A DNA stretch of 64,000 nucleotides from the sequence record AY587007.1; one strand, 5' to 3'. Below, in pieces: positions 53,880 through 63,897 of this stretch. The notes under the pieces were generated by a model, which saw only the letters and a program-made list of their open reading frames with translations, had not been told where the DNA came from and searched no databases. The translations under genes were made by a program, and so were the position numbers. Numbering within the stretch: position 1 is the stretch's first letter; the number at the start of each line of letters is the position of its first letter. Origin of the DNA: Escherichia phage T5.

Positions 53880-55754
53880 ATGAATCGCAATGATGAACTA
53901 AAATACAAGGAAATCCAGTCCTTGATTAGAAACTGCAAAGAAATTATTGAGGGTTCTGCTGATGAAGAGCTTCTCTTTAATAATGCGAATAAACCCTCTG
54001 AGCGTTTCCCTACACAAAGGGATATGCTTGCAGGGGAATTGAGTAAATATCTGATTCTAGAAGAAATGCCAGTTCAGATTCGAAATGCTCATATGATTGG
54101 AGATATTCATTTCCATGATGCTGACTACGCTGCATTAGGCATGACTAACTGTTGCCTAGTAGCTCTAGAAGATATGTTGAAAAATGGTATGAAAGTTGGT
54201 AATGCTGAAATTAGTACACCAAATTCTATTACTACTGCGGCGGCTATTACAGCTCAAATTATCACACAGGTTAGCTCCCATCAGTATGGTGGTACTTCTG
54301 TAGACCGATTAGATGAAGTATTGGCCCCTTATGTTCGTAAGTCTTATGATAAGAATCATGCGTTTGCAAAACGTTGGACTAAGGATGAAGCCAAAGCATC
54401 AGTAATGGCTACGGAGATGACTGAAAAAGAAGTCTATGATGCTTGTCAGGGTCTAGAGTATGAGATCAATACGATGTTCAACTCTAATGGTCAGAGTCCA
54501 TTTATTACTTTTGGTTTTGGTCTAGGAACTTCTTGGGAAGCACGTCTAATACAGAAAGCAATACTGAAAGTACGTATGGATGGCTTAGGCATCAATAAAC
54601 GTACAGCTATCTTTCCGAAACTGGTGTTTGTTCTGCGTGATGGCGTAAATATGAAGCCTGGAGATGTTAATTATGACATCAAGAAGTTAGCTATGAAATG
54701 TACTGCTGAACGTATGTATCCAGACTATATCAGCTATGATAAGGTTGTGGAAGTTACTGGTGACTATAAAGTTTCTATGGGCTGCCGTTCATTCTTAGCT
54801 GCTACAGAAGATGGTGAAACTGCCGGTCGTAATAACTTGGGTGTTGTTTCTGTAAACTTGCCTAGAATTGCTATCGAAGCTGAAGGGAATATTGATCTAT
54901 TCTTTGATTTGCTTGAGCTACGTGTGGATACAGCGTTAAAAGCATTGGAGTGGAGAGTTGATCGCTTAAAATACATTCAAGCTAAAGCCGCACCCATCCT
55001 CTATATGTCAGGGGCCTTTGGATTACGCTTAGGGCCTGATGAATATGTATTCGATCATTTCTATAACCGTGCTTCTGTATCTCTGGGGTATATTGGTTGC
55101 CATGAAATGCTACAGTTCATGTTTGGCAAAGATGTAGATACAATGTCTGAGACCTGCATCAAGTTTGTTCAGCGTGTATTGCAGTACATGCGGGATAGGG
55201 TCGATCAGAAGAAGGAAGAGACTAAGTTAGGTTATAGCCTGTATGCTACACCATCAGAGTCCCTATGTGATCGCTTCTGTCGTCTAGACCGTGAATATTT
55301 TCCGGAGCATGAAGATATTCTGTCCAAAGGATACTACACTAACTCTCACCACCTTGATGTGGAACGTAAAGTTGCTCCTAACGTGAAATTTGATTACGAA
55401 TCTAACTTTACTCCGATTGCTTCTGGTGGGTGTATCTCTTATGTAGAACTACCAGATATGAAACGATTCCCAGATGCACTGGAATGGGTTATTAATTATG
55501 CTGCTAGTAAGGTTCATTACTTCGGTATTAATACTCCAGTGGATTCCTGTGGTAAATGTGGATTCTTAGGTGAAACAGTAGCATCCGAAGATGGATTTAA
55601 GTGCCCTATCTGTGGTAATCATGACCCTGAAACTCTTGAAGTAACTCGTCGAGTTTGTGGGTATCTTGGAAATCCAGGTGCTCGTCCGTTTAACCCAGGA
55701 AAACAACATGAGGTTATGGGCAGGGTGAAACATCAGGATATTCGAGCTAAATAA
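53880..55754 (+). CDS. nrdD: anaerobic ribonucleoside-triphosphate reductase
   Basis: 624 aa; C-terminal CxxC ... CxxC zinc ribbon followed by glycyl-radical motif RRVCGYLG. Confidence 0.7.
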   Translation: MNRNDELKYKEIQSLIRNCKEIIEGSADEELLFNNANKPSERFPTQRDMLAGELSKYLILEEMPVQIRNAHMIGDIHFHDADYAALGMTNCCLVALEDMLKNGMKVGNAEISTPNSITTAAAITAQIITQVSSHQYGGTSVDRLDEVLAPYVRKSYDKNHAFAKRWTKDEAKASVMATEMTEKEVYDACQGLEYEINTMFNSNGQSPFITFGFGLGTSWEARLIQKAILKVRMDGLGINKRTAIFPKLVFVLRDGVNMKPGDVNYDIKKLAMKCTAERMYPDYISYDKVVEVTGDYKVSMGCRSFLAATEDGETAGRNNLGVVSVNLPRIAIEAEGNIDLFFDLLELRVDTALKALEWRVDRLKYIQAKAAPILYMSGAFGLRLGPDEYVFDHFYNRASVSLGYIGCHEMLQFMFGKDVDTMSETCIKFVQRVLQYMRDRVDQKKEETKLGYSLYATPSESLCDRFCRLDREYFPEHEDILSKGYYTNSHHLDVERKVAPNVKFDYESNFTPIASGGCISYVELPDMKRFPDALEWVINYAASKVHYFGINTPVDSCGKCGFLGETVASEDGFKCPICGNHDPETLEVTRRVCGYLGNPGARPFNPGKQHEVMGRVKHQDIRAK

Positions 55755-55765
55755 GCTAATCAGCC

Positions 55766-55800
55766 CGGTTGCTAGTCGACCTGGCTTTTATTTTATTTGC
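55766..55800 (+). terminator. possible rho-independent terminator after nrdD
   Basis: short GC-containing hairpin then CTTTTATTTTATTTG; stem is weak. Confidence 0.3.
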
Positions 55801-55825
55801 TTTCAGCTAAAAATATATGTATAAT
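55797..55825 (+). promoter_or_regulatory. T5-type promoter, -35 TTGCTT, 17 bp, -10 TATAAT
   Basis: hexamers on plus strand; ~50-bp cassette nearly identical to the one at 63133-63161. Confidence 0.6.
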
Positions 55826-55854
55826 AGATTTATAAATTTGAGGAGGTAGGAATT

Positions 55855-56235
55855 ATGACTTTAAAACCGTATATAGTGGAGTCTACGTGTGGTGGTTTCC
55901 ACCTGGGTGTGGATGATATTGCTGAGGCTGTCTTTGCTGCCCCCGGTGATTACTCTCATATAGAGGGTGCTGGATACCCCCCCGTTATTGGTGATTGGGT
56001 GGAAACCAATCTAGATGTATCCCCTTATAACCCGTATTGCTTGTTTGATGAAGATAGAGATGAGGTAAAGTGTAATCTTGAATTTGTGTATAATAGAGTA
56101 TTAAAAGTATACCAACGTAGTCCCGATGGGTACGAAGATATTACTTGTAGTATTAAACAGTATCTTAAAGATGTATACTCTAGTTTTTCTGACGAAGACC
56201 TAGAAACAGTTGCAGTGGAGTTTAATAATGACTAA
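55855..56235 (+). CDS. hypothetical acidic protein
   Basis: 126 aa with RBS GAGGAGG. Confidence 0.5.
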   Translation: MTLKPYIVESTCGGFHLGVDDIAEAVFAAPGDYSHIEGAGYPPVIGDWVETNLDVSPYNPYCLFDEDRDEVKCNLEFVYNRVLKVYQRSPDGYEDITCSIKQYLKDVYSSFSDEDLETVAVEFNND

Positions 56236-56461
56236 GAATGTGAAACACCTTAAATATCGCTTAATCTATAACGGACGTATGGAAACGGAAGAGCTAGCTC
56301 AATTAGCTATTAATTCTAATGAGGTTATGGTGCGTGCGCTAGCAATTGAAAAGTTGCGGGCTTCTTATGAAAGTCGTATTATGGAATTAGAGGAGAAACT
56401 TTATGGACTTCTTGAATCAGAAGCTAAAAGTAGTCCAGAGGGCGAGACTTCTAATCAGTAG
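56210..56461 (+). CDS. hypothetical protein
   Basis: 83-aa ORF overlapping the previous stop. Confidence 0.4.
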   Translation: MQWSLIMTKNVKHLKYRLIYNGRMETEELAQLAINSNEVMVRALAIEKLRASYESRIMELEEKLYGLLESEAKSSPEGETSNQ

Positions 56462-56515
56462 TGGAGTAATTTTACTCCAAAATATTATCTAGGGGTTCAA
56501 GAGAGGAATCATATA

Positions 56516-57334
56516 ATGCGTAGGCTAATTATTATTAGTGGTGCAGGTTTGAGTGTTGAAAGTGGTGTACGAGCCTTCCGTACGGATACTGCTAGTGGTA
56601 AAGCATTGTGGGATGATTATGATCTAGAAGAGGTATGTAATATTCATGCCTTTCGTGGTAACTTTTATCATAAAACCCATATGTTTTACAACAAGCGACG
56701 TGAAGAGCTAAAAACTGTTGAACCTAATCTTGCGCATCTTCGTATTGGTGAATGGTATAAGAAATATCCGGGTCAAGTAGTAAATTTGACTACTAACGTT
56801 GATGACCTTATTGAGCGTGCTGGTGTTCCGCATAGTGACATTCTGCATATTCATGGGTATTTAAAAGAGGTTGTTGTAGCTGACAGCTACAATAGTAGCC
56901 ATAAACGAGTTATTGATGTAGGGTACCATTCTATTGACCCAGATGATTATAAATGGGTTAAACCTAATGTAATCTTCTTTGGTGAGCATGCTCCAGCGTA
57001 CACAGAAATGTATAATATTTTTGATGGTATTACCAGTCAAGATATGATCGTTGTAGTTGGTTGCTCTAACCAAGTAATTAACTTCTACTGGGAATTATTC
57101 CCTATTCTTAACCGTACTGCTGCGAAACTTATGGTAGTTAACTACTATGATAGTGCCCTAGCATCGAAACCAGGCTATCAAGGTATGACTCGTAGTGATA
57201 TGTACCAACTGGAAGATCGTGGTATTCCTTACTGGAGTAAAGGTGCGGTAGATGCTTTCAGTGATCCTGGTTTTATTGCTCGTGTAGAAGCTCATCTAGA
57301 GGGTAGACCTTATGTGTCAGGAAGTAAGAAATAA
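56516..57334 (+). CDS. Sir2-like (sirtuin-family) protein
   Basis: 272 aa; N-terminal GAGLSVESGVRAFR matches the Sir2 NAD-binding motif; later VVVGCSNQV resembles the second Rossmann strand. Confidence 0.45.
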   Translation: MRRLIIISGAGLSVESGVRAFRTDTASGKALWDDYDLEEVCNIHAFRGNFYHKTHMFYNKRREELKTVEPNLAHLRIGEWYKKYPGQVVNLTTNVDDLIERAGVPHSDILHIHGYLKEVVVADSYNSSHKRVIDVGYHSIDPDDYKWVKPNVIFFGEHAPAYTEMYNIFDGITSQDMIVVVGCSNQVINFYWELFPILNRTAAKLMVVNYYDSALASKPGYQGMTRSDMYQLEDRGIPYWSKGAVDAFSDPGFIARVEAHLEGRPYVSGSKK

Positions 57335-57497
57335 TGAATGGGATATTTTCATAACTGAGTCTGGCACTTGGTGCTATAGATTTGCCTATAGGTTTCCTAG
57401 TGTAAGAAAACGGCTGGGATACACATATAAAATTATCTACACTACAGATAATATATGGTTATCCTCTGGAGATGAGGGGAAACAGATATGTCCATAG
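57312..57497 (+). CDS. small protein, paralog of 57488-57670
   Basis: 61 aa; shares DIF-x-G-[ST]-WCYR with the next ORF. Confidence 0.35.
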   Translation: MCQEVRNNEWDIFITESGTWCYRFAYRFPSVRKRLGYTYKIIYTTDNIWLSSGDEGKQICP

Positions 57498-57670
57498 TTA
57501 AATCTGTGTATACACATCCCGATGATATATTTGTATGGGCGGATGGTAGTTGGTGCTATCGATGTGAGCTATGGGAAATGGACTATAAATCCGATGACTA
57601 TGGTGTCATATATGTTGATACAGTTGAGTATGATACGTTCTTAGAAAGGGACAAAAATGGAAATAAGTAA
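57488..57670 (+). CDS. small protein, paralog of 57312-57497
   Basis: 60 aa; same motif. Confidence 0.35.
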   Translation: MSIVKSVYTHPDDIFVWADGSWCYRCELWEMDYKSDDYGVIYVDTVEYDTFLERDKNGNK

Positions 57671-58163
57671 TACTCCAATTATTTTTCTAGACATTGATGG
57701 GGTGCTCAATTCGAGCATCTCCCACCATCATGCACCTGATGATGAAAAGATTTTCTTTGGAAGTGACTGGGTTTTTAAACCGCTTCTCAAGGCTTTTCAG
57801 GACTTTATTCGTCCTTCTCCAATAATGATTGTTGGGGTATCTTCATGGTTCTCTGTCAGGAATGAGATGGAGAACGTTCAGATTATGACCGGGTTAGGTC
57901 TTATAGACCGTTTTCTTGGTACAACGGATTTTACTGGTGGTGGGCTATCTAGGGGTAATTCTGTTCTTCGCTTCGTTGAAAAGCATAAGCTCAAACATTG
58001 GTGTGTGCTGGATGATGCTGGTGCTATGATGTATCAGTATCCAACGGTTATAGTCAATGGTAGAACTGGAATAAATCTTCAAGATTTAAGAGCTGTTAGC
58101 TATATGTTAGAATTTAGTCCAGATCTTGAAATGTGTAAAGCCCTACAACAATTTAAGGTGTAA
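57657..58163 (+). CDS. HAD-like hydrolase
   Basis: 168 aa; IIFLDIDGVLN matches HAD motif I. Confidence 0.4.
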   Translation: MEISNTPIIFLDIDGVLNSSISHHHAPDDEKIFFGSDWVFKPLLKAFQDFIRPSPIMIVGVSSWFSVRNEMENVQIMTGLGLIDRFLGTTDFTGGGLSRGNSVLRFVEKHKLKHWCVLDDAGAMMYQYPTVIVNGRTGINLQDLRAVSYMLEFSPDLEMCKALQQFKV

Positions 58164-58175
58164 ATATGTTTAATA

Positions 58176-58595
58176 ATGTATTCTCTAAAGAAGCTAATCC
58201 AATATTGGTTAATTTTTGGCGTACTGCTTCCAGCCAACCTGTACAATGAGGCTATTAATGCTCTAAAAATATGGTGTGAGAATAATGAAATCTCCTTTGC
58301 TTTTAAAGGCGAGATTGAAGAAGCTCCCTGTATTGGTTTAATTGTGCAGGTAGAGGATGGTCTTGAAGAGATTGTCGGCTGGAAAGAGTTAGATGAAATG
58401 GGCTTGGTTTTTGCATTAAACTATAAGCTGTTTATGCCTAATAAACACCGTATTGTTGTTAACTATAAAACCAGTGAATCTCCTGGCTTTCAAGTTAATG
58501 AACATTACGGTTGGTCTTACTCACCGGAAGAAGTAAATGATGGTATCCAAAAACTTCGTCGTTTTGGTTATCAAATTCCGGGTTTAACTGCCTAA
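58176..58595 (+). CDS. hypothetical protein, paralog A
   Basis: 139 aa; aligns with 58605-58997. Confidence 0.45.
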   Translation: MYSLKKLIQYWLIFGVLLPANLYNEAINALKIWCENNEISFAFKGEIEEAPCIGLIVQVEDGLEEIVGWKELDEMGLVFALNYKLFMPNKHRIVVNYKTSESPGFQVNEHYGWSYSPEEVNDGIQKLRRFGYQIPGLTA

Positions 58596-58604
58596 GGAGG
58601 CACA

Positions 58605-58997
58605 ATGGAACAAATATATTGGCGTCAGATTGATCCTAGTTTGGTGAAGTGTGCAGAGAAGCTGCTACAACGTTGGTTGGGGGTAAGACAAGCCTCCTTC
58701 ACTTTTCCGGAGCAGCAAATAGACGATCCCTGTATTGGTGTTTTCCTATCAGGCTACGCTGGGGAATGGGAATTGGATTGGAATGAATTGTCTGCTATGG
58801 GTTTAATTGTTGCACTAAATTTCTCTTTGTTCCATCCACGTGGTTTGGCTATATGTCGTGTGCCTGATGATGGTTGTTCGCCCCATCTTTTACGGGTGGA
58901 AGATGATATTTGGGAGTACACTCCAGATACTCTCAAAGAAGCTAAAGAACAGTTAAACCGTGTTGGGATCTATGTTCCAGGCCTGAATGATGAATGA
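58605..58997 (+). CDS. hypothetical protein, paralog B
   Basis: 130 aa with RBS AAGGAGG; tandem duplicate of the previous gene. Confidence 0.45.
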   Translation: MEQIYWRQIDPSLVKCAEKLLQRWLGVRQASFTFPEQQIDDPCIGVFLSGYAGEWELDWNELSAMGLIVALNFSLFHPRGLAICRVPDDGCSPHLLRVEDDIWEYTPDTLKEAKEQLNRVGIYVPGLNDE

Positions 58998-59088
58998 TTT
59001 TTATTAGCTGAACTCTGATTACCGAGTCATTTTGGCTCGGTTTTCTCTGTACTCAAAGACACTGATAGCACCATCCGGAAAATTTTAC

Positions 59089-59117
59089 TTGCAGGATGCC
59101 CCAAATCTTGATATAAT
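59089..59117 (+). promoter_or_regulatory. promoter, -35 TTGCAG, 17 bp, -10 TATAAT
   Basis: hexamers on plus strand ~500 nt upstream of the 928-aa gene. Confidence 0.45.
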
Positions 59118-59614
59118 ATTTATATTGAATTGAGAGACATTAGTAAAAATTGATTTTGCTAATTTTTCTTGTTTACAATCCGCGATACGGAACAGTTAGG
59201 CTGCCCCATTAAGGGTTGTTTTAACTGTTACTAGTGTTTATATTGCATTAGTTAATATTCAATTAAGTGATCTGTGTACCCTGAATTCGGAAAGGTAAAT
59301 CCAAACCGTGCATATTTAGCTCGTTATATAGGCAGAGTTTTATATGGGGGTGCGAACGAAAAGAGCAGCGAATGGCGGCACGTACAGTAGTCACCTACCA
59401 ATAGGATAGTGAGGACAAATAGAATCGGCTTAGCGGCCAATGACCTAGGTTCTATTCTGTATATGAGCGAAGAGAGCACAGCACTGAGATATGATAACTT
59501 ATTCATATTGTTTGATGATAATTGATGTTTACGTAAATAGTAGTAATAGTTGTTCTATTCTTTCTGAATAGTCCTAAAGAAAAGATTTCGATTAACCAAC
59601 ACAGGAGTATTGTT

Positions 59615-62401
59615 GTGTTTTCTATCCTCCAAGGTCACGCCGGATTTTCTCGTGATTTAGCAACAGGTATTTGGCGAGAAATCAAAGCGGAAGATTATAC
59701 CTTTGCCAAGCGATTCTCGAAAGAGCATCCAGAAGGTAAACCAGCTTCTATGCCCTTCAAATTTGATGTAATAGAAGAGCACGACCCACAAAGCCTTGCC
59801 GAAATGTTACCCCTCATGAGACGTTTAACGTCTGACCCTCATATCGTTGCGGTGCGAGGTCGATGTCTCGCACCTAAAAATAATGTGCGACGTAAGAAAG
59901 GTAACTTTAATGTATCTAATCCTAGTAATATTATTGCTATGGACGTGGATGGTATCCTAGATACCGGTGGGTATGACAAATTTAATCTTGTTGGTATGGC
60001 CCGCCACATTATTAAGATGTTGAATAGTATTAGTGAGGATATGTTTCCTCTTGATGCAGGGTTTATTGCTCATGCATCGTCTTCGGCTGGGCTAAAACCA
60101 GGTATCCGAATGCACTTAATGCTAGAATCTAACGTCAAGGTAACTCAGGGTCAGCTAAAGTTCTTATTTACATCTATCAACGATAGTAGTAAGCAAAAAT
60201 TTGGTTTTGATATTGCCGACCTAGCTTATTATTCATCTGTCCAGCTCCACTATTTTGCCGACCCCTTATTTAGCGATGGTATTGTTGATCCGTTTAAAGC
60301 GGAGAGTAAGCCACGTCTGGTGTATGTTAAAGGTTCGAAAGTAAATTTGCCCAATAATCTGGTTGACTATGAAACAACTAGAGGGGAGTTTAAGGAAGAG
60401 TTTTATTCTTTACTTGATCAAATTAAAGGCAAAAAGATTGCTTCTGATAAAGTAGAAGAAACCATCAGCGAGTTAGAAGAGGCTGATGATGGAGTGTATT
60501 TGCGTATTATCCCCAAACTATACCATAGAGCATTAGAGGATGGTGTTGATTTTGCATGGCTAGAACGTGAGATTAAACCAGCTTTATCTGAATATATTGC
60601 AACTAAAGATAACAGTCGTAATATTCAAGATTACTTTAATAACGGTCGTAAGCAGGCTCTCAAAGCGTTTGTTAATAATTCTAAACGTGAGATTCCATTA
60701 AATCTGAAAGGTGTTCCACTTAAGAAATTAGAAGTGGATTCTCCACCAGAAGTTCCATACCTGAAGATTAACATTGTGCCCCCAAAAGGCCATATAACAT
60801 TTGTTAAGGCAAGTCTTGGTACTGGTAAAACTACGGCAGTAACTAAATGGCTGGACGCAGGTGTTCTTCCAGGCAACTTTTTAGCAGTTACAAATACTAG
60901 AGCACTGGTATCTTCAAATGCCAAGAAATTTAGTGCAGGACAATACGATAAGTCTGTAGATATGCTCAACTTTAAACGTGGAGCTATCGATCGTATGTCC
61001 ACAACTATTCACTCTTTGCATAAGTTCAAAAGTTTTATTGGGCAAATAGACACCATTTTTATTGATGAATGTGACGCTGTAATGAATGACCTATTATTCG
61101 CCCCTGTTGTTAAACAACGTCGCGAGTGTATTCAAGTTCTACGTGACATCCTTATGACAGCTAAGACTGTAATCTTATCCGATGGTGATATTAGTGCTGA
61201 GACGATTGAAGCATATGGTTCTCTAATTGATTTTGATAAACCAGTAGCATTTTATAATCATCACCGTAAAATGCTGTCAAAAGCACACGCTTATGAGTTT
61301 CCTGATGAATCCAGTATTTGGGTTGCACTTCAGACTTCTCTAGAGATGGGTGAGAAATCTATTCTAGTATCTGATTGTGGCCCGGATGAGCTGAATGAGA
61401 AGGGTATGGCACTGCGTCGTAATACGGGTGCGTTAGTTAAGGAAATCCATTCAAACTCCACCTCAGATGTGGATATTCGACGTATTCTGGATTATACAAC
61501 TAATGAGCTAATTGATCAACAAATTGATTGCTTATTATGTAGTCCATCCGTAACGAGTGGCGTTGACTTTAACTATTTCGATAATGTGTTTGTTATTACT
61601 AGAACCAGTAATCAAGCGCCAAACATGCGTTTCCAAGCAATCAGGCGCGACCGTGGTGCCCAGAACATCTATTATTTTATTGATAAATCTACGAGTGGAT
61701 TCTCTGCAGGTTCTGAGCAATATAATATTGATGAAGGTTGGCTGGAGTTAGCACAGCAATTATACGCACGTCGTAGAGAGCTGGAATCTAGAAACTATAC
61801 TAGTACCTTACGTTATTATTTGCTTGATCAGGGTGCAACTATTGATATTTTCAGCGAAAGCTGGGGAACTATTGAAGGTGCTGGTAAAGAATATACAGAA
61901 GAGCGAATCAAAGCTATTCTGCATTCAACTCCAGATTATTGTGCCCCACGTCATGCAGATGCATATGAAGCTAAACTACTTCTTGTTCGCTATTATCATC
62001 TTGAGTCTATTAAAGATGTAACAGTTGAGCATGTCGAACAATATATCAAAGATAAACCGAATGATCGAGCTGCATTCTTCCATAAGATGCACGAGATGTT
62101 CTGGGAAGATATTAAGAAGTGTTCAAATGTGACCATTAAACCATTCATAGAGGCTCTGAAAGGTAAGAAGAAAGACTTCTTCCTTAAAACAGGTCAGAGT
62201 GCCAACCCAAAATATGCTAGAATGTATCTTGGTATGATGGGTATTGGTAAGGATATGAACACTGAAAATATTGTAGACTGGTACAGAACCTATTGTAAAA
62301 TCGAGTGTATGCCAATTCCTTTCAAATTCATGACAGAGGAAGAGAGGGCTATGGCAGAAGAAGTAATGTCCGAACTTGGAGCAACTAATGAAGATGCATA
62401 A
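59615..62401 (+). CDS. large Walker A/B NTPase, putative helicase / replication protein
   Basis: 928 aa, GTG start with RBS AGGAG; Walker A SLGTGKTTAV and Walker B IFIDECDAV. Confidence 0.55.
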   Translation: MFSILQGHAGFSRDLATGIWREIKAEDYTFAKRFSKEHPEGKPASMPFKFDVIEEHDPQSLAEMLPLMRRLTSDPHIVAVRGRCLAPKNNVRRKKGNFNVSNPSNIIAMDVDGILDTGGYDKFNLVGMARHIIKMLNSISEDMFPLDAGFIAHASSSAGLKPGIRMHLMLESNVKVTQGQLKFLFTSINDSSKQKFGFDIADLAYYSSVQLHYFADPLFSDGIVDPFKAESKPRLVYVKGSKVNLPNNLVDYETTRGEFKEEFYSLLDQIKGKKIASDKVEETISELEEADDGVYLRIIPKLYHRALEDGVDFAWLEREIKPALSEYIATKDNSRNIQDYFNNGRKQALKAFVNNSKREIPLNLKGVPLKKLEVDSPPEVPYLKINIVPPKGHITFVKASLGTGKTTAVTKWLDAGVLPGNFLAVTNTRALVSSNAKKFSAGQYDKSVDMLNFKRGAIDRMSTTIHSLHKFKSFIGQIDTIFIDECDAVMNDLLFAPVVKQRRECIQVLRDILMTAKTVILSDGDISAETIEAYGSLIDFDKPVAFYNHHRKMLSKAHAYEFPDESSIWVALQTSLEMGEKSILVSDCGPDELNEKGMALRRNTGALVKEIHSNSTSDVDIRRILDYTTNELIDQQIDCLLCSPSVTSGVDFNYFDNVFVITRTSNQAPNMRFQAIRRDRGAQNIYYFIDKSTSGFSAGSEQYNIDEGWLELAQQLYARRRELESRNYTSTLRYYLLDQGATIDIFSESWGTIEGAGKEYTEERIKAILHSTPDYCAPRHADAYEAKLLLVRYYHLESIKDVTVEHVEQYIKDKPNDRAAFFHKMHEMFWEDIKKCSNVTIKPFIEALKGKKKDFFLKTGQSANPKYARMYLGMMGIGKDMNTENIVDWYRTYCKIECMPIPFKFMTEEERAMAEEVMSELGATNEDA

Positions 62402-62906
62402 ACCAATGCCTCCTATGGCATTTATCCTAGAAAAGCTTAGGTATGACGAAAGTACCGGGGACTTAATTTGGTTATCTGGCCCAAGGAAGGGAAAGGTGGC
62501 GGGCTCCAAAATGAAAACTGGAAGACAGTTAGAGTTTACGATAAATGGGGAGCGGACAGCTTACTTAGCCCATAGAATAATCTGGTTTATAAAGACAGGC
62601 GAAGATCCTGGGGATAAAACTATCGACCACAAAGACGGTGATAGTTTAAACAACTTGTGGGATAATTTACGTAAGGCTACCTATTCCGAAAATGGAAAGA
62701 ATAAGAAGTGTTCTACTAATTCTACCGGATTCACTGGAGTTGTAAAACGAGGTAATAGATATATGGCCTACGCTTACTGCGAGGGAAAGCAGCATATTTT
62801 TGGTAGACGAGATACCCCGGAAGAAGCCCATCAGCTATACCTTAGGGGAGTTAAAGAACTGTTTGGTGAATTTAATCCCTCGGAGAGATATGACAGTGAA
62901 GAATAA
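62376..62906 (+). CDS. HNH homing endonuclease
   Basis: 176 aa; AHRIIWFIKTG ... IDHKDGDSLNNLWDNL motif; overlaps the end of the NTPase gene. Confidence 0.6.
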   Translation: MEQLMKMHKPMPPMAFILEKLRYDESTGDLIWLSGPRKGKVAGSKMKTGRQLEFTINGERTAYLAHRIIWFIKTGEDPGDKTIDHKDGDSLNNLWDNLRKATYSENGKNKKCSTNSTGFTGVVKRGNRYMAYAYCEGKQHIFGRRDTPEEAHQLYLRGVKELFGEFNPSERYDSEE

Positions 62907-63123
62907 AAAATGGGAAACAAGGAAGTTTCCAGTAAAAGAACGTAAAGTTCCTGTTTATGATACTTCGGAGAAGCTATGTAGGGTGGTACCGCACAGATTA
63001 GCTGGCATCCCTAACATATCCGAATGGTTACTTAAACAACGGAGGACTAGCGTATCCCTTCGCATAGGGTTTGAGTTAGATAAAGTATATGCTGAACTTT
63101 CTTCTTTGCTCAAAGAATCATAA
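62890..63123 (+). CDS. hypothetical protein
   Basis: 77 aa from internal ATG. Confidence 0.3.
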   Translation: MTVKNKKWETRKFPVKERKVPVYDTSEKLCRVVPHRLAGIPNISEWLLKQRRTSVSLRIGFELDKVYAELSSLLKES

Positions 63124-63132
63124 AAAATTTAT

Positions 63133-63161
63133 TTGCTTTCAGGAAAATTTTTCTGTATAAT
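63133..63161 (+). promoter_or_regulatory. T5-type promoter, -35 TTGCTT, 17 bp, -10 TATAAT
   Basis: hexamers on plus strand; same cassette as 55797-55825. Confidence 0.6.
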
Positions 63162-63192
63162 AGATTCATAAATTTGAGAGAGGAGTTTAAAT

Positions 63193-63897
63193 ATGGCTGG
63201 TTCTCGCAGAAAGAAACATATCCATGAAATCCCGGATGAAGTCTTTAAAAAAGTTATAGAGCATCTGGAAAACGGTGGTACTAAGAAAGCAGCATGTGAA
63301 ATGCTCGGCGTATCATCCAATCCAACTATGGAAAGGATGATTGAAGAGTGGCAAGACCGCCAGATTCAAGTTGCCGAAATGAAGAAAAAGAAACGTGGTA
63401 CACTCATTGAAGGTATTGAGTTGGCCAACGTTATTGAACAGTATCTATCTGGCGATTCTTTCGAAGAGATTGCCGATCGTAATTACCGCTCTGTAGCAAT
63501 GGTTAAATCTGTTCTGGAACGCTATGGTGCTCTGCTTCGTTTGAACGATATTGTAGATCCATTGAATCCACCAATTATTCCTGATGATGCTGTAGCAGAA
63601 GAATTTGAGGTAGGTGAGCTTGTTTGGGTTCCTGGATACCAGTGTATTGGTGAAATCAAAAAAGCAATGGATAACCCTGTTGGTTGTTACCGTGTTTGGC
63701 TTCTATCAGAAGGCAAACAACAGAACGTTCATTATATGAATTATGAGCTGGCCTCTGTTAAACACCTGGAAAAGTTAGGGGTTGATGTAAAATCTCTGGG
63801 GTATAAATGGACTCGGGAAGAAGTCATTACGTTGATTAACGAAGCTGTTAAGGCCGCCTTGAAACTTGATAAAGAAAAAGGAAAACGCCGTGAGTAG
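63193..63897 (+). CDS. hypothetical protein
   Basis: 234 aa with RBS GAGAGGAG. Confidence 0.5.
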   Translation: MAGSRRKKHIHEIPDEVFKKVIEHLENGGTKKAACEMLGVSSNPTMERMIEEWQDRQIQVAEMKKKKRGTLIEGIELANVIEQYLSGDSFEEIADRNYRSVAMVKSVLERYGALLRLNDIVDPLNPPIIPDDAVAEEFEVGELVWVPGYQCIGEIKKAMDNPVGCYRVWLLSEGKQQNVHYMNYELASVKHLEKLGVDVKSLGYKWTREEVITLINEAVKAALKLDKEKGKRRE

